A DNA stretch of 64,000 nt, from positions 384,001 to 448,000 of the forward strand of contig JBMNIH010000004.1 in the NCBI GenBank assembly GCA_050950825.1. Direction: 5' to 3'. Source of the stretch: Clostridia bacterium. GTDB taxonomy: Bacteria; Bacillota; Clostridia; JAAYHZ01. The notes beneath the pieces were generated by a model. That model was not told the origin of the DNA, made no database searches, and saw nothing but the letters and a program-made list of their open reading frames with translations. Shown one piece after another: positions 51,051 through 59,889 of this stretch; position 1 is the stretch's first letter, and each line of letters opens with the position of its first letter. A program made the translations under genes and the position numbers.

Positions 51051-51602
51051 TTACTCCTTATGATTTTCTTCCGGTTTAATGCTTTGTACCGTACCGTAAG
51101 GATGTTGTGGAGGCGCATAAATGGAATACAATTTCATGGGTATGCACCCGGTATTTAATATATTATGCCATTTTCCTGCAGGCACGATTATGATATACCC
51201 TTCTTTAACGTTTTTTCGGTAATACAGGTCATCTTCATGATCTCCCATAAGCACAAGACCTTGGCCTTGCTCGACACGTAAAAATTGGTCCAAATGGGGG
51301 TGGACTTCAAGACCGATGTCATCTCCTATATTGATGCTCATTAATGTTACTTGGAGATGTTTACCTGTCCACAAGGCTAGACGGAAATTTTCGTTTTGCT
51401 TTGCTGCTTGTCGGATGTTTATAACGAACGGGTCCGGTCCGTAATCTTTTAAATCATATTTCGGTATGGGATGGCTATAGAAGCATAAGGGCATAAACAT
51501 CCATAAGGAGGAGGGGTAGCAATACGGGTTATAAATTTGCATTCCCTGAGCACATGGACAATAATAAGAATTTTCATATGGCATCATATTGTTATCAAAC
51601 AT
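51051..51602 (-). CDS. Cupin domain protein with Tyr/Pro/Cys/Met-rich N-terminus (spore-associated type)
   Basis: DYGPDPFVINI, LWTGKHLQVTLM, GLEVHPHLDQFLRVEQG, VPAGKWHNI, YSIYAPPQHP; SigK-like CACC-16-CATATTAT upstream (51671-51644). Confidence 0.85.
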   Translation of the reverse strand: MFDNNMMPYENSYYCPCAQGMQIYNPYCYPSSLWMFMPLCFYSHPIPKYDLKDYGPDPFVINIRQAAKQNENFRLALWTGKHLQVTLMSINIGDDIGLEVHPHLDQFLRVEQGQGLVLMGDHEDDLYYRKNVKEGYIIIVPAGKWHNILNTGCIPMKLYSIYAPPQHPYGTVQSIKPEENHKE

Positions 51603-51738
51603 ACTGCAATATCTTCCCTGAAATAATACATTATTATGTTTACATAATATGAAGGCCTTATGAGATTGGTGTTTGTACAAGGGAAGAAAATTAGCAATAG
51701 AGAATGAAAGCAGAATTAGTCAAAGCCGATCTGTGCAT

Positions 51739-52692
51739 CTACAAATGCTCGATAACGGTTTTTATCGATTGCTTTTTCAGTAAGGAAGATAAAATATTTC
51801 TACACTTGGGCATGTTCATCATTTGAAATCCTTTTTTATTTAGCCGTGCTATTTGCGACAAAGTCAGATTACCGATTATTTTACCGATTTCCTTGTATCC
51901 TAAGTTGCATAAGCATCGAATTAAGAAAACGGCAACGGCTTTCATAGGAGTAAGGCTTCGATCGTATTTCACCTTGATTAAATCCGTATCCGGTATGCCG
52001 AATTCTTCGGCAACGGTGTGCAAAACGGTTTCCGGATCCAAATCACGCTTGTATACGGTTCGTTCGCTGCGATACTCGTAGGCAGGTTTATGTATAAATT
52101 CATCAATCCTTTCAAAAAGCTTTTGGTCGATTACAACTCTTCCAAGTCTCGACACGAATTCTACGTACCGCTTTAACGCCTCATCGGGCTTATGATGAAA
52201 CTTTGACAAAATGTATTCTTTATCGACCAGTCCGAATTCGTCTTCCTTTTGTCCGATGTATATGCCGTAAGAGGAAAACGGATAGTCCCGGACACAATCT
52301 CGATATCGTGATATGTCTTTCGGATTGTTATGAATGTACGCAGATACTACCAATTCATAACGCTCGTTCTCAATCACAACATTTTTATATCGGTCTTGAA
52401 ACAAGGGACCTAAGCGTTTGTATTTCCGATTGTAGTACAGAACATAGCTTAAGTTGAGGCCTTGCATAAATTTGGACATGTCACAGCCTTGAGGATCAAA
52501 ATGAATGTGCACGTGAGTGTCCATAAGACAATAAGCCAAAATTTTGCATTGGTATTTTCTTTGGTATTTTGCCATGCGTTTTAAATATTCTCTTTTGTCT
52601 TCATCGTCTCGGAACAATTTTATCTCGCTGATACTCCTGCACATAATGTGATGAGTCGCTTCAGGATTTTTCCTTCGTGCTCTTCTTGCCAT
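51739..52692 (-). CDS. REP-associated tyrosine transposase-like HUH (Y1) protein with C-terminal DnaA-C-like helix-turn-helix domain
   Basis: MARRAR..HHIMCR, AYCLMDTHVH (HUH), LFQDRYK, YIHNNP (catalytic Tyr), YPFSSY; tail VAEEFGI...AVAVFLIR...YKEIGKIIG; AGGAGG RBS. Confidence 0.88.
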   Translation of the reverse strand: MARRARRKNPEATHHIMCRSISEIKLFRDDEDKREYLKRMAKYQRKYQCKILAYCLMDTHVHIHFDPQGCDMSKFMQGLNLSYVLYYNRKYKRLGPLFQDRYKNVVIENERYELVVSAYIHNNPKDISRYRDCVRDYPFSSYGIYIGQKEDEFGLVDKEYILSKFHHKPDEALKRYVEFVSRLGRVVIDQKLFERIDEFIHKPAYEYRSERTVYKRDLDPETVLHTVAEEFGIPDTDLIKVKYDRSLTPMKAVAVFLIRCLCNLGYKEIGKIIGNLTLSQIARLNKKGFQMMNMPKCRNILSSLLKKQSIKTVIEHL

Positions 52693-52820
52693 TTATTTTC
52701 CTCCTGATTAGGGAAGACTTACAATGAACAATATATCAATAATAAGAACATAAAAATGCTTTTAACATGAAATGAGTTTATTTTTTCGACTTTTGATGAT
52801 TTTTGTCGATATAGAATCTG

Positions 52821-52835
52821 TTGAGATCCGTCCCC
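52821..52835 (-). repeat. Repeat copy 5 (one mismatch), right end of cupin-RAYT unit
   Basis: Minus strand reads ATGAGGGGACGGATCTCAA, 18/19 identical to the adhE copy with its flank; ~130 nt upstream of the RAYT start and 20 nt before the mutY ATG. Confidence 0.85.
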
Positions 52836-52855
52836 TCATCCGGTACAATTTTGGA

Positions 52856-53893
52856 ATGGACGAAATAAAAGAATTTCAAGAAGCTTTATTAAATTGGTAT
52901 CGAAAATCCGGGAGAGTATTGCCTTGGCGAAGCGATCCGAGTCCGTATAAGGTATGGATATCGGAGATAATGCTGCAACAAACCAGGGTGGATACCGTTA
53001 TACCGTATTTTAATCGTTTCATATCGGAAATTCCCACCATAAAGGATTTGGCGGAGACCGATGACGAGAAGTTATATAAACTTTGGCAAGGACTTGGATA
53101 CTACCGAAGAGCCTCCCACCTAAAGAAAGCGGCACAAATCATGGTTGATCAATATAACGGCCGGTTGCCCGAAAACTTCAACGATTTGTTAACCCTTCCG
53201 GGCATCGGAGCCTATACTGCAGGGGCTATTTTATCTATCGCTTTTAACATATCGATTCCTGCCGTAGACGGAAATGTATTTCGTATCATAGCGCGTATCA
53301 ATGCGGAAACAGGAGATATTCAAAAGGCATCGGTAAAAAAACGATTGGAGGCCTGTGTTAAGGAATTAATTCCTTCAACCGATGCCGGGGATTTTAACCA
53401 AGCGCTTATGGATTTAGGAGCAAACATCTGCATACCAAACGGGATCCCGAAATGTGAAGAATGTCCTGTAAAAAATTTCTGCAAGGCGTACTCGGAAGGT
53501 CTTGCATATACTCTTCCTGTAAAAGGTAACAAGGCGGTACGTAAAACGCAAGAAATAACCGTGTTAAAGATTTTACGTGATAATCGTCTGGCTTTAAGAA
53601 AGAGAGAAGAAAAAGGTTTATTGTCCAACCTTTGGGAGCTTCCGAATTATCAAAGCTTTTTGACGGAAGAACAGTGTATAAAGATACTTCAAAACAACGG
53701 TTTCAAAGTGACCTCCATTATGCCTATGGAAAGGGTGAAACACGCCTTTTCACATATGGATTGGATCATGATAGGTTACTTGATAACGGTCGAAGGTAAC
53801 GAGGATTTATCTTCATGGACATGGGTGACTCGGGAAGAAATTCTAAATGTCTACTCTATACCTTCCGCATTTCTGCCTTTTCTTTCCGTATAA
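52856..53893 (+). CDS. mutY: A/G-specific adenine glycosylase
   Basis: WISEIMLQQTRV, WQGLGYYRRA, LPGIGAYTAGA, VDGNV, FNQALMDLGA, C-x6-C-x2-C-x5-C cluster, C-terminal NUDIX-like domain. Confidence 0.96.
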   Translation: MDEIKEFQEALLNWYRKSGRVLPWRSDPSPYKVWISEIMLQQTRVDTVIPYFNRFISEIPTIKDLAETDDEKLYKLWQGLGYYRRASHLKKAAQIMVDQYNGRLPENFNDLLTLPGIGAYTAGAILSIAFNISIPAVDGNVFRIIARINAETGDIQKASVKKRLEACVKELIPSTDAGDFNQALMDLGANICIPNGIPKCEECPVKNFCKAYSEGLAYTLPVKGNKAVRKTQEITVLKILRDNRLALRKREEKGLLSNLWELPNYQSFLTEEQCIKILQNNGFKVTSIMPMERVKHAFSHMDWIMIGYLITVEGNEDLSSWTWVTREEILNVYSIPSAFLPFLSV

Positions 53894-53948
53894 GCAAAAG
53901 CTGTGTCCTATATTGAGGAAAACATCCGTTGAATTATAGAATAAATAT

Positions 53949-55091
53949 CTATATTCTTCCGTTCCGGCGGACCATGTCGCAATAGAGACGAACTCTTGAA
54001 ACCGGAGTATCCGGGGTAACGGGACTGCCAATACTCATTATAAATCGCCCTGCATTCTTTTTTGCGGCATTCATTTGTCTTTTTATTTCGAATTCCAACA
54101 TTCCTTCGGAACCCATCTCTAAAACATTGTATGCATCCAAATTACCGAATACGGAGCATCGGCCGGATACATACTCTACGATTTCTTCGATATTAATATC
54201 AAATCCCTTTTTGCCTTCTTCCAAAGATATGGCATCGGCTCCGCATGAAAGTATTAAATCAAGTCTGTCGGCAGGATTACCGCAGTAGTAATAGATGCTT
54301 TTTAATCCTTCCGATCGAATTACGTCCGTTATTTGTGAAATTAACGGTACGTTTATATTCTTGAAATGTTCGGGACTAATCATGTCGGTGAAGCATTCTT
54401 CTATCCAAATTCCCATTGCTCCGAGTGCTTTCGCGGTTTTAATATCGATAATTCTTTGTTCTAAAAATTTGTCGCACGCATATTGAATCAACTCCGGAGC
54501 ATCGACCATGGCAATCATCATGCCTTCAAATCCCCACAATTGGTAGCAGTACCATAAAGGTGAACTAATATGAACAATAGGAAAGAGTCTGTAATCGATT
54601 TCTTTCAACAGACGGAGAGCCAAACGGTTTCTGCCTTCTTTTGAAAGACGCTCCGGGTATGTATAGTCGGGCTGACGCACCAACCGGTCGATGTCTTCTT
54701 TAGATCGTATTTCCTGTTTCGGTTTTAACGATTGAATGCGGCCGTTAGGGTTCCAACCGCTAACTTGAGGTTTACTGAGATTTCTCTCGTAGCTTTCTTT
54801 ATGATTAACCAAATAGACTTCATCTTGACGAATTTCAATTTTCATATTCAATTGCTCTTCCGTCGAATAGAAATGTGGCAGGCATGTCCAATCTTGGCCT
54901 ATAGTCTCGATGACATCACGACGCCACTTAATTTGCTTGTCGATGTCGGTTTCGTATTGATACCACCAAGGGGAGGAGGTCAATTGGTCCCAATGATCTC
55001 GGATAAATATTCCTTCATAGCATATTACTACAGGAATCTCGCAGGTTCCTTCTTTAGAAAATGCCGCTTCGATCTTTTCTTTTCCGTTCAT
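53949..55091 (-). CDS. Uroporphyrinogen decarboxylase family protein
   Basis: MNGKEKIEAAF, GFEGMM, MISPEHFK, YYCGN, VFGNLD, GRFIMSIGSPVTPDTP. Confidence 0.8.
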   Translation of the reverse strand: MNGKEKIEAAFSKEGTCEIPVVICYEGIFIRDHWDQLTSSPWWYQYETDIDKQIKWRRDVIETIGQDWTCLPHFYSTEEQLNMKIEIRQDEVYLVNHKESYERNLSKPQVSGWNPNGRIQSLKPKQEIRSKEDIDRLVRQPDYTYPERLSKEGRNRLALRLLKEIDYRLFPIVHISSPLWYCYQLWGFEGMMIAMVDAPELIQYACDKFLEQRIIDIKTAKALGAMGIWIEECFTDMISPEHFKNINVPLISQITDVIRSEGLKSIYYYCGNPADRLDLILSCGADAISLEEGKKGFDINIEEIVEYVSGRCSVFGNLDAYNVLEMGSEGMLEFEIKRQMNAAKKNAGRFIMSIGSPVTPDTPVSRVRLYCDMVRRNGRI

Positions 55092-55371
55092 TTACATTCC
55101 TCCCTCTGTCGACTGTAAGAATTCGGATTGTTTCGTTTGGATTATGACACAACCTTTGCATAAATTATTAATTATTAATTGTCTACCTTGATTATCTTAA
55201 AATATAACCCGGGACATGTAAAGAAAGTTTTTTAATAAAAAAACAAGACCTACGGTTTTTACCACCGGTCTTGCTTTTTACCGATTGATCTTATCGGCAG
55301 GTAGTGTCGAAGTTTTTTTACGCGAGAAATCATTCCGTATCTCGCAATTGTTATGTATGAATCAATTTCTA

Positions 55372-55626
55372 TTATTTCTTAGCAGCTTCTGCTAATTTTT
55401 CGATGCACGGTTTGCAAATATTTTTGCCCGAGTGGTTGATTACATCGCTTGCATTGCCGCAGAATATGCATGCAGGTTGGTATTTCTTTAGAATGATTGA
55501 TTCATCATCAACATAGATTTCCATAGCGTCTTTGATTTTAATATCAAATGTTTTTCTTAATTCCATCGGAAGAACAACTCTTCCTAATTCGTCCACTTTT
55601 CTTACTATTCCTGTAGCTTTCATCAT
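55372..55626 (-). CDS. abrB: AbrB family transition-state regulator
   Basis: MKATGIVRKVDELGRVVLPMELR...ILKKYQPACIFCG. Confidence 0.93.
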   Translation of the reverse strand: MMKATGIVRKVDELGRVVLPMELRKTFDIKIKDAMEIYVDDESIILKKYQPACIFCGNASDVINHSGKNICKPCIEKLAEAAKK

Positions 55627-55732
55627 AACCCTTCCCTTTTTTAAAAAAATTTAATAAATGATAATTCCTTGTACAAGTTTTCTGTGTTTTCCTCTTACGC
55701 AATATTGTTTATATTGCATATTTGTATCTTTT

Positions 55733-55776
55733 TTCGACACCCTTCCTAATTATACAGATTTTAAAACATTTATCAA
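55733..55776 (-). promoter_or_regulatory. abrB promoter with downstream Spo0A box
   Basis: TTGATA(55776)-16-TATAAT(55754), then TGTCGAA (55739-55733) just downstream, the known abrB repression layout. Confidence 0.7.
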
Positions 55777-55966
55777 GGTTAAATTATGTTAATTATTGAA
55801 TAAATGAGACGAATAAGCTCGCTTTTATGTCTTTTTGTTTAATTTTCGATGCTTTTAATGCCGAATTCATAAATGTATATGATAAAATAAGGTTTAAATA
55901 CGAAACCGGTTTGGATGTTATATACCGGTTAAAAATCTGCTTTATGTAAGCACAGGAGAGGTTTCT

Positions 55967-56854
55967 ATGATTATACCTAAGATCGATTTACATGCCCACG
56001 CAATTCCTTCAAGGGAGTATCCCAGACTGGACGGTGATCACTTTTTAACCCCGGATGAACTTCGAATAAAGTATGATGAAATAGGGGTTGAAAAAGGCGT
56101 GCAATTGCCGATTGCTTCACCGGAATACGAATGCGATTTGCTAACGAACAAAGAAGCTCGTTTGTTAGTGGAAAATCGACCCGATGTTATCGGCTGGTGG
56201 TTTTGCAACATAGATCCACGATGGGGAACGAATAGGCCGGATGCAAATTTATCGGTTTTTTTGGAATACTTTAAATCCAAAGGAGCCAAAGGAGTAGGTG
56301 AAGTTACAGCCAACCTGTATTTTGACGATCCTTATATGGAAAATTTGTTTTATCACTGTGAAAAAAATAATCTTCCTTTGCTGTTTCATATGGGAAGATT
56401 AGGCGGAGGAGACTACGGTATTGTTGACGATTTTCATTTTCCGCGCCTTGAAAAAGCACTGAACAAGTTTCCGAATTTAATCTTCATCGGTCATTCTCAA
56501 AAATGGTGGGCTGAAATTAGCGGTGATATCAAGGAAGAGCAACGCGGCGGTTATCCGAGCGGTAAAGTGGTCCCCGGAGGACGAACGGTCGAACTTTTGC
56601 GCAATTACCCGAATATGCATGCCGATTTGTCTGCAGGTTCGGGAGGAAACGCAATCATACGGGATCCGGAATTCGGGTATCAATTCTTGGAAGAATTCCA
56701 AGACAAGTTATATTTCGGTATCGATTTTTGTGCTATGCATAATGTTATGGAACTGTCCAAATTCTTGGACGATGCGGTAGAGCGCGGATACATATCCCAA
56801 ACGGCATATAATAAAATATGCCGAGAAAATGCTTTACGCTTATTGGAAGGCTGA
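55967..56854 (+). CDS. Amidohydrolase family protein (Amidohydro_2-like)
   Basis: IDLHAH, KGVGE, LLFH, FIGH, ADLS, LYFGID, ENALRLL. Confidence 0.88.
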   Translation: MIIPKIDLHAHAIPSREYPRLDGDHFLTPDELRIKYDEIGVEKGVQLPIASPEYECDLLTNKEARLLVENRPDVIGWWFCNIDPRWGTNRPDANLSVFLEYFKSKGAKGVGEVTANLYFDDPYMENLFYHCEKNNLPLLFHMGRLGGGDYGIVDDFHFPRLEKALNKFPNLIFIGHSQKWWAEISGDIKEEQRGGYPSGKVVPGGRTVELLRNYPNMHADLSAGSGGNAIIRDPEFGYQFLEEFQDKLYFGIDFCAMHNVMELSKFLDDAVERGYISQTAYNKICRENALRLLEG

Positions 56855-56859
56855 ATATA

Positions 56860-56874
56860 GGGGACGGTTCTCAA
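56860..56874 (+). repeat. GGGGACGGTTCTCAA repeat copy 6
   Basis: Exact 15-mer 5 nt after the amidohydrolase stop; followed by hairpin ATCGGTCCGGC-5-GCCGGACCGAT. Confidence 0.9.
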
Positions 56875-57018
56875 CCGATAGCAATCGGTCCGGCGATGTG
56901 CCGGACCGATTAATCATAGATATTTAATTTTTAAAAGAAAGGCGGTGAAAGCTCGGTATTAATTAGACTTGTGTTAGCAATCATCATAACAACACAAAAG
57001 TGATACCGAGCGAGAAGT

Positions 57019-58980
57019 ATGAGAAAAACCATACCTTTTCCGGCATATTACGACGATGTGCCGATAGACCTGTCTTTTGTATTCGAAAACGAGAAGCCTG
57101 CAGGAAAACACGGTTTTTTGAAAGCGGATAAAGACCGATTTGTTTTCGAGGATCAAACCGAAGCCCGGTTTTGGGGAACGAATTTTAACGGCGGTTCCAA
57201 CTTCCCGGAATTCGAATATGCGGAAAAAATAGCAAAACGTCTTTCCAAAATAGGTATCAATTTGGTTCGTTTTCACCAATTGGATTCCGAATGGAATACT
57301 CCCAACATCTATCAATTTACAAAGGGTAAAAGACTTAAGAATACACAAACCTTTGATCCTGAAAGTCTAAAAAGATTGGATTATTTGATTTATTGTTTGA
57401 AACGGGAAGGAATATACTGCTATCTTGATATTTTTACATACCGGAAGTTTAAATCCGGTGACGGTGTCGAAAATGCCATTGCATTGAAGGATGCTGCAAA
57501 ACCCTACTCCGGTTATAATAGGCATATGATTGAGCTGCAGAAAAAAAACGCCTATGATTTTTGGACCCATGTCAACCCCTATACGGGGCTTGCCTACAAA
57601 GACGATCCTGTTTTTGTTTTATGCGAAATTGTCAATGAAAGCACGCTGTTTAGCAGAATAGACGTGGAGCCTTATGCCGGAGAATTCAGAAGGCTGTTTC
57701 GCGATTGGCTAAAAGAAAGAGACATTAAATACGATTGGGAACACTGTGATTTGAATGGAAAGGATCCGGTTCTCATCGACTTTAAAGTCGAATTGCAGCA
57801 AAAATATTATACGGAAATGATTTCATATATGAAACAAATCGGTGTAAAGATACCGATTACCGGAACCAATTACACCATTTGCAGCGCAAATTGCAAAGCG
57901 CAAACGGTTACCGATTTTTGCGACAACCATGCGTACATCTATGATTGGCGATGGGGAGAAAATGAAAAACGCTGCAAGAACATTGCAGTTACCCAAATGT
58001 CGGAGAGTGTTTTCGGAACACTTTCTCTGATGCGAGTATTTGATAAACCGTTTTTTGTTTCCGAATGGGATATGCCGTGGCCGAACGAATACCGTGCCGA
58101 AAGTCCCTTGCTATTCGCCGCTGTAGGAGCATTGCAGGACTGGTCGGGGTTTGCCATCCATACATATGCCTACGGGAATCGGCTGCAGTATATGAACATG
58201 TTAGGAAAAGAAGTATCCTCGTCTTCCATTGGCGGAGTACCTTACAGGGAAGGTATATTCAGTACATGGAACGATCCTGCGAAATTCGGGCTTTTCTATC
58301 ATGCCGCACTTATAACAAGGCGTAAAGATGTTTCATCTTCGAAAAGCAAAATCGCCATTCGTATTAAGGATTTGACAACCTCGATGAAACCGGCATTTAG
58401 GGTATCGGCAGAGATGTCGAAGATAGCCGCTTGCTATAATGACGATATGCCCGATGCAGAAATTGTTTCGGAAGATCAAGTTCTTGTAGATGAAAGCAAA
58501 GGAGAGGTTCGATCCGATACGGGAGAATTGTACAGAAACTGGAATAAAAATTACGGAATAATTGATACTCCGAGAACAAAATGTGCTTACGGTTTCTTGC
58601 AGAAGAATTCACCGGTGGAACTAAACGGTTTGACCGTTGAGTCAAAAACGGATTTTGCTGTAATAGCCATGAGTTCTCTGACCGACGATGCTTTGGGTAA
58701 TAGTGACAATATCTTGCTAACTACAGTCGGTAGAGCGATGAACACCGATGCCAAATTTGAAGGAGACTTAATGACTGACTACGGCAGACCTCCTATACTG
58801 ATAGAGGTTATTGAGGCGGATATTAAACTTAAGACCGAGCGGCAAAATTTAAGGGTATGGGCAGTGAATGCCGAAGGGTTCTTTGTCGGCGAGATTCCGA
58901 CTCAATATGAAAACGGTGTGTTGAGTTTTACTTTAGGAGACCGATTCCCGAGCATGTACTATTTGATACAAGAAGAATAA
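57019..58980 (+). CDS. Clan GH-A glycoside hydrolase (GH5-like), cytoplasmic
   Basis: RFWGTN, GINLVRFH, HVNPYTGLAYKDDP..EIVNE (acid/base), DNHAY, KPFFVSEW (nucleophile); no signal peptide. Confidence 0.75.
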   Translation: MRKTIPFPAYYDDVPIDLSFVFENEKPAGKHGFLKADKDRFVFEDQTEARFWGTNFNGGSNFPEFEYAEKIAKRLSKIGINLVRFHQLDSEWNTPNIYQFTKGKRLKNTQTFDPESLKRLDYLIYCLKREGIYCYLDIFTYRKFKSGDGVENAIALKDAAKPYSGYNRHMIELQKKNAYDFWTHVNPYTGLAYKDDPVFVLCEIVNESTLFSRIDVEPYAGEFRRLFRDWLKERDIKYDWEHCDLNGKDPVLIDFKVELQQKYYTEMISYMKQIGVKIPITGTNYTICSANCKAQTVTDFCDNHAYIYDWRWGENEKRCKNIAVTQMSESVFGTLSLMRVFDKPFFVSEWDMPWPNEYRAESPLLFAAVGALQDWSGFAIHTYAYGNRLQYMNMLGKEVSSSSIGGVPYREGIFSTWNDPAKFGLFYHAALITRRKDVSSSKSKIAIRIKDLTTSMKPAFRVSAEMSKIAACYNDDMPDAEIVSEDQVLVDESKGEVRSDTGELYRNWNKNYGIIDTPRTKCAYGFLQKNSPVELNGLTVESKTDFAVIAMSSLTDDALGNSDNILLTTVGRAMNTDAKFEGDLMTDYGRPPILIEVIEADIKLKTERQNLRVWAVNAEGFFVGEIPTQYENGVLSFTLGDRFPSMYYLIQEE

Positions 58981-59178
58981 TTGGTAACCCAAGACCGTTC
59001 GACAAATGTCGAGCGGTCGATTTATATCATTCGGGATTCGAAATATACATGTATAACTTGGACCTATAGGACATACACATAGAAAAAGTTTTTGAGAATT
59101 GATATTAAGTCATTCGGCATAGAAATTATAAAAAAATTAATAAAGAAGCTTTTATACTAAAAGCAAAATGGTGGTTAT

Positions 59179-59631
59179 ATGAAAAATCAATGTCGGCAGG
59201 ATGAAATAAAGCGCAGCGTCCGAAACTTGAAGAAGTTGGAATTAAAAATCCGATTCAACCAAGAGCAAATACCGGACGGTTTGCGTACCCGTATTGTATG
59301 GAACGAATTCTTCAACTTGAAAGAGCAGGGGAAGGGGAAATATTCGCTTGATTTTTTGGCTTCGCTAAGCAAAGAGGAGTTTAAAGAAGTAATCAATGAA
59401 TTCTTCTTTAAGGTTTACGAGCAATACTATGCTGAAAATGCATTGAACTACATAAATGTAAAGAACGCCGATAAACTCGCTTTGTTAGGGTTGCCCTATG
59501 ATGCGGACAACGATATGGTAAAAGCAAGATTTCGAGAATTAGCGAAAAAGTATCATCCGGACCACGGAGGCGACCGAGAACAGTTTATATGGTTGATGGA
59601 GATTTATAAAGAATTGACCGGTAAGTTATAG
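59179..59631 (+). CDS. Protein with C-terminal J-domain (DnaJ-like)
   Basis: LLGL...VKARFRELAKKYHPDHGGDREQF; followed by a GGCAA...TTGCC terminator. Confidence 0.85.
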   Translation: MKNQCRQDEIKRSVRNLKKLELKIRFNQEQIPDGLRTRIVWNEFFNLKEQGKGKYSLDFLASLSKEEFKEVINEFFFKVYEQYYAENALNYINVKNADKLALLGLPYDADNDMVKARFRELAKKYHPDHGGDREQFIWLMEIYKELTGKL

Positions 59632-59842
59632 ACATAAAAAACGGCAAATCGTTTTTTGACTTGCCGTTCTTTCTTCAATTCCAAATTGATTTTAATCAAA
59701 CGTTTTGATCAACTGTCATTATGTTTTATCAAGAGTTTTATCCTAGCCGAAAGTATATTGATCACCGTTTTTGCAAAGAGTGGCGCTTTCCAATGGTAGT
59801 ATTTCATTATCGGCATGATGAGGCCAATAAAATGCATGAAAA

Positions 59843-59876
59843 AAGGGGAGCGGTACTTAGTGAGAACCGTCCCCTT
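59843..59876 (-). terminator. thrS terminator built from repeat copy 7 and a degenerate partner
   Basis: AAGGGGAGCGGTACTTA-g-TGAGAACCGTCCCCTT; A-run at 59839-59844 gives a U-tract on the minus strand. Confidence 0.7.
59861..59874 (-). repeat. GGGGACGGTTCTCA repeat copy 7
   Basis: Exact 14-mer on the minus strand, 15 nt after the thrS stop. Confidence 0.9.
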
Positions 59877-59889
59877 ATTTGTTATTGCA

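Larger units (their letters stand above)
50955..52835. mobile_element. Putative RAYT element: cupin plus HUH transposase between short inverted repeats
   Basis: GGGGACGGTTCTCAA ... TTGAGATCCGTCCCC (14/15 inverted match) enclose both genes; no target-site duplication seen. Confidence 0.5.

Noticed and set aside
51739-52692. Classical IS200/IS605 element
   Set aside because: Protein is 317 aa with RAYT-type motifs and an extra C-terminal domain; there is no tnpB, and I found no subterminal hairpin pair hugging the gene.
52772-52855. N-terminal extension of mutY in the ORF track
   Set aside because: MutY similarity starts at MDEIKEF (52856); the extension merely reads through repeat copy 5.
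25580-59874. Repeat family as a CRISPR array or integron attC array
   Set aside because: Copies are only 14-15 bp, kilobases apart and in both orientations; no cas genes, regular spacers, tyrosine integrase or attC core sites were seen.
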